Assembly (NCBI GenBank): GCA_048937405.1
Contig: JBHLNF010000004.1
Coordinates: forward strand, 64,001-128,000
Direction of reading: 5' to 3'
From: Promethearchaeota archaeon
GTDB lineage: Archaea > Asgardarchaeota > Lokiarchaeia > Sigyniarchaeales > SOKP01
Length of the DNA: 64,000 nt
Part shown: piece by piece, positions 41,040 through 52,484 of the stretch
Numbering within the stretch: position 1 is the stretch's first letter
Layout of the letters: each line of letters starts with the position of its first letter
Notes under the pieces: model-generated
The model's input: only the letters and a program-made list of their open reading frames with translations
What the model was told of the DNA's origin: nothing
The model's database searches: none
Position numbers and translations under genes: made by a program

Positions 41040-42521
41040 TTAATTACCTCCTCTGGTTACTGGTGCAATTTTACGATAGATGTTCAATTCTTGTTCTAGC
41101 TGATAAGCTATGTTAAGTATTCCTTTCTCATCAAAATAATCCCCAATTATTTGAAATCCCACAGGCAAGTTATTACCATCAAAACCACAGGGGATAGATA
41201 CTGCTGGAATACCTGCTAAATTAACAGGACAAGTCAGTATATCTGCGAGGTACATCTGTAAAGGATCATCAATTAACTCTCCAATTTTGAAAGCTGTTGA
41301 AGGCATTGTTGGAGAGACAATAGCATCACATTTTTTAAAAGCTTCTGAAAAATCATTTTTTATTAAAGTCCTAACCTTTAAAGCTTTCATATAGAACATA
41401 TCATAATATCCCGCAGATAAGGCATAAGTACCTAAAAAAATTCTTCTTCGTACCTCACTCCCTAATTTTTCAACTCTAGTCCTACTAAATACATCGTAAA
41501 CATCCCCTGAAAGATTTTCACTCATATTTCCATATCTTAAACCGTCATATCTCGCTAAATTTGAACTAGCTTCGCTCATACAAATTAAATAATAAGTTGC
41601 AACAGTGTATTCTAAGTGAGGTATTGAAATGGGTATTATTTTTGCCCCCAATCCTTCTAATTTAGTAATTGCTTTTTTAATAATATTCTCTACTTCCTTA
41701 TTTACACCCTCTCCAAAAAATTCTTTTGGGACACCCAATACTTTCTTATTAATAGGATTATCTAATTCTTCTGTATAATTATCAACTTTTTTATCTACTG
41801 ATGTAGAATCAAGGAGATCCTTACCTGAAATTATTTCAAGCATTAGAGCAGAATCATTTACACATTTAGTAATTGTGCCAATCTGATCTAACGAATTCGC
41901 GAATGCTACTAATCCAAATCTAGAAACTCTACCATATGTAGGTTTTAATCCAACAGTTCCACAGAATGAAGCAGGACAACGAATGCTCCCGCCAGTGTCA
42001 CTCCCTAAAGCTAGTATTGTTTGTCCTGATGCTATACTAGCGGCAGAACCACCACTCGAGCCCCCTGGTACTCTTGTTAGATCCCAAGGATTATATGTAG
42101 GGCCATAACAACTGTTTTCTGTAGAACTTCCCATTGCAAATTCATCCATATTTGTATTTCCTATATGAATTGCTCCCTGATCCTCAATGAGACGTTCAAT
42201 AACAAATGCATTATAAGGTGGACAATAATCTTTCAATATTTTTGAACTACAAGTTGTTGGAAAATCTTTAATGCATATAAGATCTTTATTGGCCAAAGGC
42301 AAACCATACAAATCCCCTACTTTTTTACCATTTTTAAGATCCTTATCAATTCTTTTTGCTTTTGCTAAAGCTTTTTCTTTCGATAATTTAACAAAGGAGT
42401 GAAGTAAATCCTCTTTCTCTTCTGTCCTTTCAAAACACGTTTCTAATAACTCTTGAACTGAGATATCCCTATTTTTTATCATTTCAATTAATTCATATCC
42501 CATATATTCAAAGAGTTTCAT
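41040..42521 (-). CDS. gatA: Asp/Glu-tRNA amidotransferase subunit A
   Basis: NMDEFAMGSSTE, GGSSGGS, SDTGGSIR, SSNLARYDG, LSAGYYD. Confidence 0.96.
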   Translation of the reverse strand: MKLFEYMGYELIEMIKNRDISVQELLETCFERTEEKEDLLHSFVKLSKEKALAKAKRIDKDLKNGKKVGDLYGLPLANKDLICIKDFPTTCSSKILKDYCPPYNAFVIERLIEDQGAIHIGNTNMDEFAMGSSTENSCYGPTYNPWDLTRVPGGSSGGSAASIASGQTILALGSDTGGSIRCPASFCGTVGLKPTYGRVSRFGLVAFANSLDQIGTITKCVNDSALMLEIISGKDLLDSTSVDKKVDNYTEELDNPINKKVLGVPKEFFGEGVNKEVENIIKKAITKLEGLGAKIIPISIPHLEYTVATYYLICMSEASSNLARYDGLRYGNMSENLSGDVYDVFSRTRVEKLGSEVRRRIFLGTYALSAGYYDMFYMKALKVRTLIKNDFSEAFKKCDAIVSPTMPSTAFKIGELIDDPLQMYLADILTCPVNLAGIPAVSIPCGFDGNNLPVGFQIIGDYFDEKGILNIAYQLEQELNIYRKIAPVTRGGN

Positions 42522-42611
42522 TTAAATCAGATCAAAATCAATTGAAAGTTTTATGATAAATAAAAAATTGATAACAATTAATACTTAAGCATGAAAATCA
42601 AAATTAATTTC

Positions 42612-43913
42612 TTAAGGTGATTTTCTAATCATAGTTCTGGGAAATGGTATGGCATCTTTAATATTCTCTATTCCACATAGCCACATAACAACTCTTTCAA
42701 CTCCTACGCCATAACCAGAGTGGGGAACACTACCATAGCGTCTTAATTCAAAATACCACTCATAATTTTTAGGATTTTCACCATCAGATTCTAATCTTCT
42801 AATCATATCATCAATTAATAAAGAGCGTTCAGATCCCCCTACAATTTCACAATATCCTTCTGGTGCGAGCATATCAAAACATAATGCTTCTTTAGGATTA
42901 TCATTACTTGGTGGTTTATAAAATCCCATGATCTCAGTGGGATAATGCGTAACTACAACAGGCACCTTAAAATGATCTGCTATTTTTGCTTCTTCAATAG
43001 TTCTTAAATCCTTACCCCAAGGAACATTCATCTTATATTTAGAATTAAGAATTTCTAATGCTTCTGCATATTTAATAGTAGGATATTCTGCTTGAACATA
43101 ATGCTCTAATAATGTAATATCTCTCTCTAAGATTTCTAATTCTTTTCGATTATGTTGTAAAACTTGCTTAACAATAAATCGAATCTCATCCTTTGCAACT
43201 TCGGTAACTTCATCTAATTGCATCCAAGCAGCTTCCATTTCAGCCATCCAAAATTCTGATAGATGTCTTGAGGTTTTAGATTTTTCTGCTCTGAACGTTG
43301 GTCCCATATTATATATTTTCCCTAATGAAAAAATACCTGCTTCCGCATACAATTGCCATGTTTGGCTAAGATATATGATATCGTTGAAATATTTTACTTC
43401 AAATAAGGTAGCTCCTCCCTCAGATTGGCTAGGTTGAAAAATCGGAGCATCAAACTCATAATATCCATTATTTCTAAAAAATTCATGTATCGCTCCAACA
43501 ATAGTATGTCGTATTTTTAAAATAGCATTCAATTTTCTGGATCTCAACCATAAATGTCTATTATCATACAACAATTCTGGAGATTGGTGTTCTGTAATCG
43601 GAAACGGTTCAGCAATTTGAATTATTTCCAAATCTGAAACTGAAACTTCGTAACCTGTAGGTGCTCTATCATCTTTCTTTAATTCACCTGATACTTTTAC
43701 TGAAGATTCAATTGTTAGTTTTTCAGCCATTTCAAAGATCTCTGGATTTTTAGCTTTAGAAACAACACACTGAATTATATCTGATTCATCTCTTAATACA
43801 ATGAAAATGAATTTATTCGATTTTCGTTCTCTGTAAATCCAACCTCTTAAATTTACCTTCACTGTGCCTTTCTTAAGAGCATCATCAATTGTTGTGTATT
43901 TTGAATCTCTCAT
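42612..43913 (-). CDS. asnS: Asparaginyl-tRNA synthetase
   Basis: OB-fold N-terminus; FRAEKSKTSRHLSEFWMAEME; RRYGSVPHSGYGVGVER (AsnRS-type, not the AspRS QSPQLYKQ/PPHGG type). Confidence 0.88.
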   Translation of the reverse strand: MRDSKYTTIDDALKKGTVKVNLRGWIYRERKSNKFIFIVLRDESDIIQCVVSKAKNPEIFEMAEKLTIESSVKVSGELKKDDRAPTGYEVSVSDLEIIQIAEPFPITEHQSPELLYDNRHLWLRSRKLNAILKIRHTIVGAIHEFFRNNGYYEFDAPIFQPSQSEGGATLFEVKYFNDIIYLSQTWQLYAEAGIFSLGKIYNMGPTFRAEKSKTSRHLSEFWMAEMEAAWMQLDEVTEVAKDEIRFIVKQVLQHNRKELEILERDITLLEHYVQAEYPTIKYAEALEILNSKYKMNVPWGKDLRTIEEAKIADHFKVPVVVTHYPTEIMGFYKPPSNDNPKEALCFDMLAPEGYCEIVGGSERSLLIDDMIRRLESDGENPKNYEWYFELRRYGSVPHSGYGVGVERVVMWLCGIENIKDAIPFPRTMIRKSP

Positions 43914-44016
43914 TATTAAATAAAAGGGTATCTATATATATTTACATTGTATATTCAAAAATTATAACTAAATTAATAGGAGCTATCTAAAAAATTTGAC
44001 TGTAATATTAAAAAAT

Positions 44017-44802
44017 CTAATCTTCTTCTTGTTTTTTGAGAAGATATTTGGAGAAAATATTCATGTAAAGACACTCTTCTGGGCTCATCTCCGGAGTTAG
44101 CTGAGGATTATCTGTAAATACTACACTACTATTCCTGATTATAACTACTGGTGTTTGTTGATCAGCTTCACTTAATAGAAATTGAGCAGCACTCGCAAGA
44201 TCATCCGCTATTGCTCTCATTGTTATTTCCATAGGTCTATTAAAAAGATCAGGATGTCCGCGTAAATCTTCAACTGGTTCAAAACCTGCTGTTGCTATAG
44301 CTATTCCAATAGTCCCTTTTCTAAGGGGTTGAACTCTTGAATCTGCAATAATTACACCAAAATTATTAACTTTAAACTCTTTCTTTAAATCTCTCCAATA
44401 TCTCCAAGCAACTTCATTTAGATCTTTTGGTAACAGCACAACATTTCCCATACCTGCATTTGATTGATCAATTCCAGCATTAGCTATTAAAAAATCATTA
44501 ATTTTTGCTAAAATAACATGCCTCATCCCACCAAGAATCATGGAAGATTCTTGCAAGATTAATTCGACAAATCTTTCGTCCATATCATATTCTTTTGCTA
44601 ATATTTTAGCTCTTTGTGATACTTTTTCTACTTCTGATAAATTAATTACCCTACCCTGAGATATAGCAATTACTTTCTCAGCAATTACAATGATATCTCC
44701 TTCGATTATTGATTTTCCTTGATCCTTAATAGTTTGAATAATAATTTCCAATAAAGGATCTTGTTTCTTAATGAGAGGTAACTTGATTGAAAATAATTCC
44801 AT
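44017..44802 (-). CDS. cofE: CofE-family gamma-glutamyl ligase
   Basis: GDIIVIAEKV, ANAGIDQSN, IIADS, PLRKGT, DLRG.PDLF. Confidence 0.88.
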   Translation of the reverse strand: MELFSIKLPLIKKQDPLLEIIIQTIKDQGKSIIEGDIIVIAEKVIAISQGRVINLSEVEKVSQRAKILAKEYDMDERFVELILQESSMILGGMRHVILAKINDFLIANAGIDQSNAGMGNVVLLPKDLNEVAWRYWRDLKKEFKVNNFGVIIADSRVQPLRKGTIGIAIATAGFEPVEDLRGHPDLFNRPMEITMRAIADDLASAAQFLLSEADQQTPVVIIRNSSVVFTDNPQLTPEMSPEECLYMNIFSKYLLKKQEED

Positions 44803-44859
44803 AGCAGATAATAGAATAATACTTATTTGAAATATTTTGTTGCATTTAATAGATAAGTA

Positions 44860-45723
44860 ATGAAGAAGATATATACAAAACTATTTAATTTTTTAGAGAT
44901 CGGTGATGATTTCCCCCCTATAATAGTTGGAGTTATAAATCTCAGTCCTGAATCATTTTATAAAGGTTCAATTTATTTAAAACCTGAAAAAGTTAAAAAA
45001 GCTGCTTTAGAAATGATACAAAATGGTGCCCAGATTCTGGATTTAGGGGGGCGTTCTACTGCCCCTTGGTCTGAGAAAATTACGATAGAAGAAGAAATAA
45101 ATCGTATAAAAACTGCTATGGAATCTGTATGTAAAGTTATTCCAGATAATATTATAATATCTGTGGATACTCAATACCGCAAAGTTGCTGAAGTTGCCTT
45201 TGATATTGCTAATAAAACAAACAAAAGAATAATTATCAACGATGTAAGTTGTTTAAAAACAGATCCTTCTTTAGAAGATTATATAGTTTCTAAAGATCTT
45301 CCAATTATTATAATGGCATCAAAAAAAATTCCTGGAGATTTATGTACTATTGAGGAGATTTTAGATGAATTCCATAATACTATTAAATCTCTAAAAAACA
45401 AGGGTTATGATGATAATAAAATTATATTGGATCCTGGAATTGGTCATTGGATTGAAAAAAAAATTCATATATATGATTTAAAGATAATAGGAAACTTATC
45501 TAAATTTAAAGAATTGGAAAAACCAATATTAGTTGCAATATCTAGAAAATCCTTTATAGGAACGACTCTAAATATCCCTGAACCTGAAAAAAGATTAGAT
45601 GGGACACTAGCTGCTACTGCAATTGCGATTTTTAATGGTGCGCATTTAGTGCGAACTCATGATGTTAATACACAACTTTTAGACTTTGTTAAAATGGCAG
45701 AAGAACTTCGAAAAAATAAGTAA
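44860..45723 (+). CDS. folP: Dihydropteroate synthase
   Basis: GVINLSPESF, SVDT, INDVS, LDPGIG, SRKSFIG, VRTHDV. Confidence 0.93.
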   Translation: MKKIYTKLFNFLEIGDDFPPIIVGVINLSPESFYKGSIYLKPEKVKKAALEMIQNGAQILDLGGRSTAPWSEKITIEEEINRIKTAMESVCKVIPDNIIISVDTQYRKVAEVAFDIANKTNKRIIINDVSCLKTDPSLEDYIVSKDLPIIIMASKKIPGDLCTIEEILDEFHNTIKSLKNKGYDDNKIILDPGIGHWIEKKIHIYDLKIIGNLSKFKELEKPILVAISRKSFIGTTLNIPEPEKRLDGTLAATAIAIFNGAHLVRTHDVNTQLLDFVKMAEELRKNK

Positions 45724-45886
45724 TTTTGTTATTTTTACATTCTAAAACATTCAGTAATTTTGTGAATTTTATATATGTCTACTTTTATCATAATAGTAAT
45801 ATATTAATATAGAAGATCTTATCTATTATAGATAAATTTATAAAAAAATTGTATTTTTTTAGTTACCTAGTTAATCAAATCAATTA

Positions 45887-46633
45887 GTGAAAAAAATGGG
45901 TTTTGATCAACTTTCTGATATTGATAGAGTGAATGGTATTTTTGCTCTAATTTTTATTACAATTTCAATCATAATAGGCTTTAGAATTCTACTTAAATAT
46001 ATAACTCTGAAAAGAAAAGAACTGTTTACAATTGGTTTAGCATGGATTTTTTTGAGTTCAGCATGGTGGGGTGGAGCTGCTTCCTTTCTTTGGATGATAT
46101 TTACTGATGAAAGATTAAGCCTTATTCCATTCTTAATAATGAGTAATATGTTTATTCCAATCGCATTGATATGCTGGATTTACTCTGTAGTACACATTTT
46201 TTATACTGAAAGCGAAAAAATAATTACTTTTTTAGTTATTATTGTCTGTGCAATCTATGATCTATTAATTTTGGTATTTCTTTTTATTGATACTGATTTA
46301 GTTGGACATATTGAAGGTGATATCAATGCCGTACCTACACTTTTTCCACTAATTTTTCAAATTGGTGCAATCCTTACAGCGTTAATAACTGGTTCTCTTT
46401 TCTCAATAAAATCAATTAAAATTGATGATCCTGAAGTAAAATTAAAAGGAAAAATATTATTAATTGGGTTCATCTCTTTTAGTTTTGCTGCGTTTATGGA
46501 TGCTATAATTGCGGATATAACTGTATTCTTAATTATAACTCGGATAATCCTAATTTCAAGCTCAATTGAATATTATATCGGATTTTTTTTACCTAAAATA
46601 TTAGCCAATAAAGTAAATAAAGTTAAAAACTAG
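45887..46633 (+). CDS. Seven-TM membrane protein
   Basis: About seven hydrophobic segments ending YIGFFLP. Confidence 0.7.
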   Translation: MKKMGFDQLSDIDRVNGIFALIFITISIIIGFRILLKYITLKRKELFTIGLAWIFLSSAWWGGAASFLWMIFTDERLSLIPFLIMSNMFIPIALICWIYSVVHIFYTESEKIITFLVIIVCAIYDLLILVFLFIDTDLVGHIEGDINAVPTLFPLIFQIGAILTALITGSLFSIKSIKIDDPEVKLKGKILLIGFISFSFAAFMDAIIADITVFLIITRIILISSSIEYYIGFFLPKILANKVNKVKN

Positions 46634-46685
46634 TCAACTTTTTTAAATTTAATATTTTAAATTCCTAAAATCGAAGTGAGACCCT

Positions 46686-47096
46686 CTGGTAAAGATTTTT
46701 CAAGATTTGTGGATTATGTCTGAAGAAGGAATTGTCTTATTCAGTCGTGTATTTGATCCCAAGGTTGATGCTCAATTATTTGGAGGGCTTATGAGTGCTT
46801 TGAATACTATTGCAGAGACTCTCTCTGAGGGGGGTTTATCTAATTTTCAACTAAGCGATATGCGATTTACGATAATGAAAATGAATAAACTCATATTTGT
46901 AGCAAATGCTTCATTATCGGTAAAAGATAAAAAACTTCGAGAAGAAATACAAAAGATTGCTGAAAAATTCTTTACAAAATATCCAGAGAATATAATTAAA
47001 AACTGGGATTATGATATCAGCATATTCGATGATTTTGAAAAGGATATTGAAGATACCTTAAAAAATCCTATGAAGAAGTTCTGGAATGGATTTTAG
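46686..47096 (+). CDS. Longin-like domain protein
   Basis: LWIMSEEGIVLFSR, QLFGGLMSAL, IAEKFF..Y...W..D..IFDDF; in-frame CTG at 46686 follows GAAGTGAG (ORF-track start 46707). Confidence 0.7.
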   Translation: MVKIFQDLWIMSEEGIVLFSRVFDPKVDAQLFGGLMSALNTIAETLSEGGLSNFQLSDMRFTIMKMNKLIFVANASLSVKDKKLREEIQKIAEKFFTKYPENIIKNWDYDISIFDDFEKDIEDTLKNPMKKFWNGF

Positions 47097-47399
47097 GTGG
47101 AAATTATTAATAAATCTTCAAAATTCAATTGAAGAAAATTATGATAATTTCTAATTTTGCAGAAAAACAACTTTGAAAATTATGATTAGTGGATTGAATA
47201 TCTGGAAAAAATGTAACGATTTCTAGTAAATCATAATATTTAATTAAAAAATATTTCTTTTGAGTGTATAGATTCCAAGAAACCTTATTTTTGAGCGTTG
47301 AAAAACTGCAGATATATTTAAATGCGTGGATTTCCATTATTTATATGTAGATCAATAAAATTTCATAGTATTTTGAATATTTTTATGACTTCAAATTAA

Positions 47400-49445
<2,046 letters not shown>

Positions 49446-49493
49446 TTCTTAATTAAAAATCTAAAATAATTTAAAATTGAGATGGTGTCATAA

Positions 49494-51932
49494 TTGACTT
49501 CAGAACAAATTGAAGAAATTTTATTAAAAGATGAAATGCAAAGTGCCTACATCGATTATGCTATGAGCGTGGTTGTTGGGAGGGCCATTCCAGATGTTAG
49601 AGATGGACTCAAACATGTACATAGACGTATTATCTATGCTATGGCAGAAAGTAATTGGAATTATAATAGTTCACATGTTAAATGTGCTAAAATTGTAGGG
49701 CAAGTTTTAGGGAATTATCATCCTCATGGGGATATGGCTGTTTATAATGCATTAGTTCGAATGGGACAAGATTTTTCTTTAAGATATCCATTAATCCATC
49801 CACAGGGGAATTTTGGGTCAATAGATGGAGATCCTCCCGCAGCTTATAGGTATACTGAAGCAAGATTGTCTCAAATTTCAAATGAATTAATTGAAGATAT
49901 TGATAAAGAAACAGTAGAATTTGTACCTAATTTTGATAATAGTACTGTTGAACCACTATATTTACCAGCAAAACTTCCAAATATTTTGTTAAATGGTACA
50001 AAAGGTATTGCTGTAGGAATGGCAACATCTATGGCACCACATAATTTAACAGAAGTTTGTAATGGTATTATCGCAACTATTAATGAGCCTGATATTTCAA
50101 TAGAGGAATTAATGGAGATAATAAAAGGACCTGATTTTCCAACAGGTGGTATTATTACTGATACTAATGGAATCTCAAATGCATATCATACTGGTAATGG
50201 GACCATAAATATTAGCGGTAGAATCGAAACTGAAACAACTGCGAAAAAGACTAGTCTTATCATTACAGAGATCCCATATTTGGTGAATAAAACCGATTTA
50301 ATTGAATCTATTGCCAAATTGATTAAGGATGGTATTCTTAAAGATGTTAGAGATTTGAGAGATGAGTCAGATAGGAAAGGTATGCGTATTGTATTAGATT
50401 TAGCTAAAAATGCTCAACCAGTCATAGTAAAAAATATTCTCTTTAAGAGAACGAGACTTCTCACAACTTTCAACATAACAAATTTAGTTTTAATTAATGA
50501 AGGTAAACAACCTAAAATCCTCAATCTAAAAGAGATAATTAATGAATATATTGAGCACCGATTAATAATCATTCAAAAAAGGACAGAGTATCTTCTCAAA
50601 AAGGCAAAAGATCGGCTTCATAGGGTTGAGGGGCTTTTAATTGCATTAAATGATATTGATAATGTAGTGAATTTGATAAAAAGTTCAAAAGATACTAATG
50701 AAGCTAAAACTAAATTAAAAACCACTTATAAGTTAAGTGACATACAAGTCCAATCAATTTTGAGTATGCCATTATCAAGATTAACAAATTTGGAACAGCA
50801 AAAGTTAGTTGATGAGCAAAAATCATTACAAGCTAGTATTAAGGAATACAATAAAATTCTGAAAGAAAAACAAGTTCGCTTAAACATTATCAAAAATGAT
50901 TTAATGGAATTAAACAAAAAGTATGGTGATGATAGAAAGACTGAAATCAAAATGGTGGAGCATCATGAAATAAAAGAAATTGAAAAGATTGATTTAATCA
51001 AAAAAGAAACCACCATAGTAATTTTTACAAAAAACCAATACATTAAAAGAATCTCGTTAGAAGAATATCAAGCTCAAAGACGAGGAGGTCGTGGGAAAAA
51101 GAGTATGACTATTCGTGAGGAAGATTTTATTACAGATCTATTTGTTAGTACAACTCATGATACCATTCTAATTTTCACTTCGAAAGGAAGGGTTTATTCC
51201 ATTAGATGTTTTGATATACCGTTACAAAAGCGAACTGCGCGAGGAAAGCCAATTATTAATTTTATCCCTCTACAATCAGGTGAAAATATTTCTGCTATGA
51301 TACCAATTAATAACTTCAATACGAATGAAATGCTTATTATGACTACAAAGAAAGGGATTATCAAAAAAGTCCCTTTAAAATTATTCTCTAAATTTAAAAC
51401 CACAGGAGTAAGAGCACAAAGAATCAGACCAGATGATGAATTGGTAAGTGCTAAAAGACTCTCAAATGAACTCCAAGATATTTTTATAGCTACAAAATTA
51501 GGATATGCAGTAAGATTCGATGAATCAGAATTACGTGAATTAGGTAGAAATTCTATGGGAGTAAAGGGAGCAGAATTAAGAGAAAATGATGAAGTTATCG
51601 ATACACTCCTTGTATCTGATGATGAGATAATATTGACTCTTACCCAAAATGCATATGGTCAAAGAACCTACGTTAAAGAATATCGAAAAACTGGACGAGG
51701 GGCAAAAGGAGTAAAAAATATAACGCTTGATAAAACTAAAGATGATAGGGTCATTGCCACAAAAATTGCTAAAAACATGGACTTATTAATTGGAACAGAA
51801 CAAGGACAAATGATCCGACTGCCAGTAGATTCTATAAGAATCACTCATAGAACAGCTAAGGGTGTTCGAGTAATTAAACTTTACGAAGATGATTTCGTAG
51901 TAGCAATTGGAAAGTGTGAACAAGAACCATAA
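49494..51932 (+). CDS. gyrA: DNA gyrase subunit A
   Basis: YHPHGD, AAYRYTEAR catalytic Tyr, GyrA-box QRRGGRG, C-terminal pinwheel repeats. Confidence 0.97.
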   Translation: MTSEQIEEILLKDEMQSAYIDYAMSVVVGRAIPDVRDGLKHVHRRIIYAMAESNWNYNSSHVKCAKIVGQVLGNYHPHGDMAVYNALVRMGQDFSLRYPLIHPQGNFGSIDGDPPAAYRYTEARLSQISNELIEDIDKETVEFVPNFDNSTVEPLYLPAKLPNILLNGTKGIAVGMATSMAPHNLTEVCNGIIATINEPDISIEELMEIIKGPDFPTGGIITDTNGISNAYHTGNGTINISGRIETETTAKKTSLIITEIPYLVNKTDLIESIAKLIKDGILKDVRDLRDESDRKGMRIVLDLAKNAQPVIVKNILFKRTRLLTTFNITNLVLINEGKQPKILNLKEIINEYIEHRLIIIQKRTEYLLKKAKDRLHRVEGLLIALNDIDNVVNLIKSSKDTNEAKTKLKTTYKLSDIQVQSILSMPLSRLTNLEQQKLVDEQKSLQASIKEYNKILKEKQVRLNIIKNDLMELNKKYGDDRKTEIKMVEHHEIKEIEKIDLIKKETTIVIFTKNQYIKRISLEEYQAQRRGGRGKKSMTIREEDFITDLFVSTTHDTILIFTSKGRVYSIRCFDIPLQKRTARGKPIINFIPLQSGENISAMIPINNFNTNEMLIMTTKKGIIKKVPLKLFSKFKTTGVRAQRIRPDDELVSAKRLSNELQDIFIATKLGYAVRFDESELRELGRNSMGVKGAELRENDEVIDTLLVSDDEIILTLTQNAYGQRTYVKEYRKTGRGAKGVKNITLDKTKDDRVIATKIAKNMDLLIGTEQGQMIRLPVDSIRITHRTAKGVRVIKLYEDDFVVAIGKCEQEP

Positions 51933-51937
51933 AAAAC

Positions 51938-52300
51938 TTATTCTTTCTTTTTCAAGTATGGAATTAGACAGAGAAAGATTAGATTATCTTCACCGATATT
52001 ATCTATTCCATGTCTTTCATTAGGCGGAATATATACAAAATCACCCTCATTTGCAATTTCAACTTTACCTTCATCATTATAGAATTTTCCTTGTCCAGAT
52101 AACACATATATTTCATGATCCTCAGAATGATTATGAAGAGGAACTTTTTGCCCTTTTCCAACCTTTATTCTTCTCATTGCAAAATTCTTAGCCCCTAAAT
52201 TTTCATCAATTAACCATCTAATAGAAATTCCATCTGCTTTTGTTCCATCAGCTAATATAGCTTCTTTTTCTTCGATTTCTTTATAATTCTTTTTTAGCAT
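51938..52300 (-). CDS. Cupin domain protein
   Basis: PLHNH...HEIYVLSG, GDFVYIPPNERH. Confidence 0.9.
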   Translation of the reverse strand: MLKKNYKEIEEKEAILADGTKADGISIRWLIDENLGAKNFAMRRIKVGKGQKVPLHNHSEDHEIYVLSGQGKFYNDEGKVEIANEGDFVYIPPNERHGIDNIGEDNLIFLCLIPYLKKKE

Positions 52301-52484
52301 AAATTAATTAAAATACTTGATCTATTAAAACTATAGTTTATTTATTTGTATACTTCTTATATGAGAGTTTTATCAATTAAGAATTTTTTACATAAGAAAT
52401 GACACTAAAAATAATTATTTAAGTTATAATTTAAATAGCTAATAATAAATCAATATTATATACCAAAATTACCATCTAGAAATT

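Noticed and set aside
47125-47337. 70-aa minus-strand ORF upstream of gyrB
   Set aside because: No recognisable motif or RBS; probably non-coding or decayed sequence
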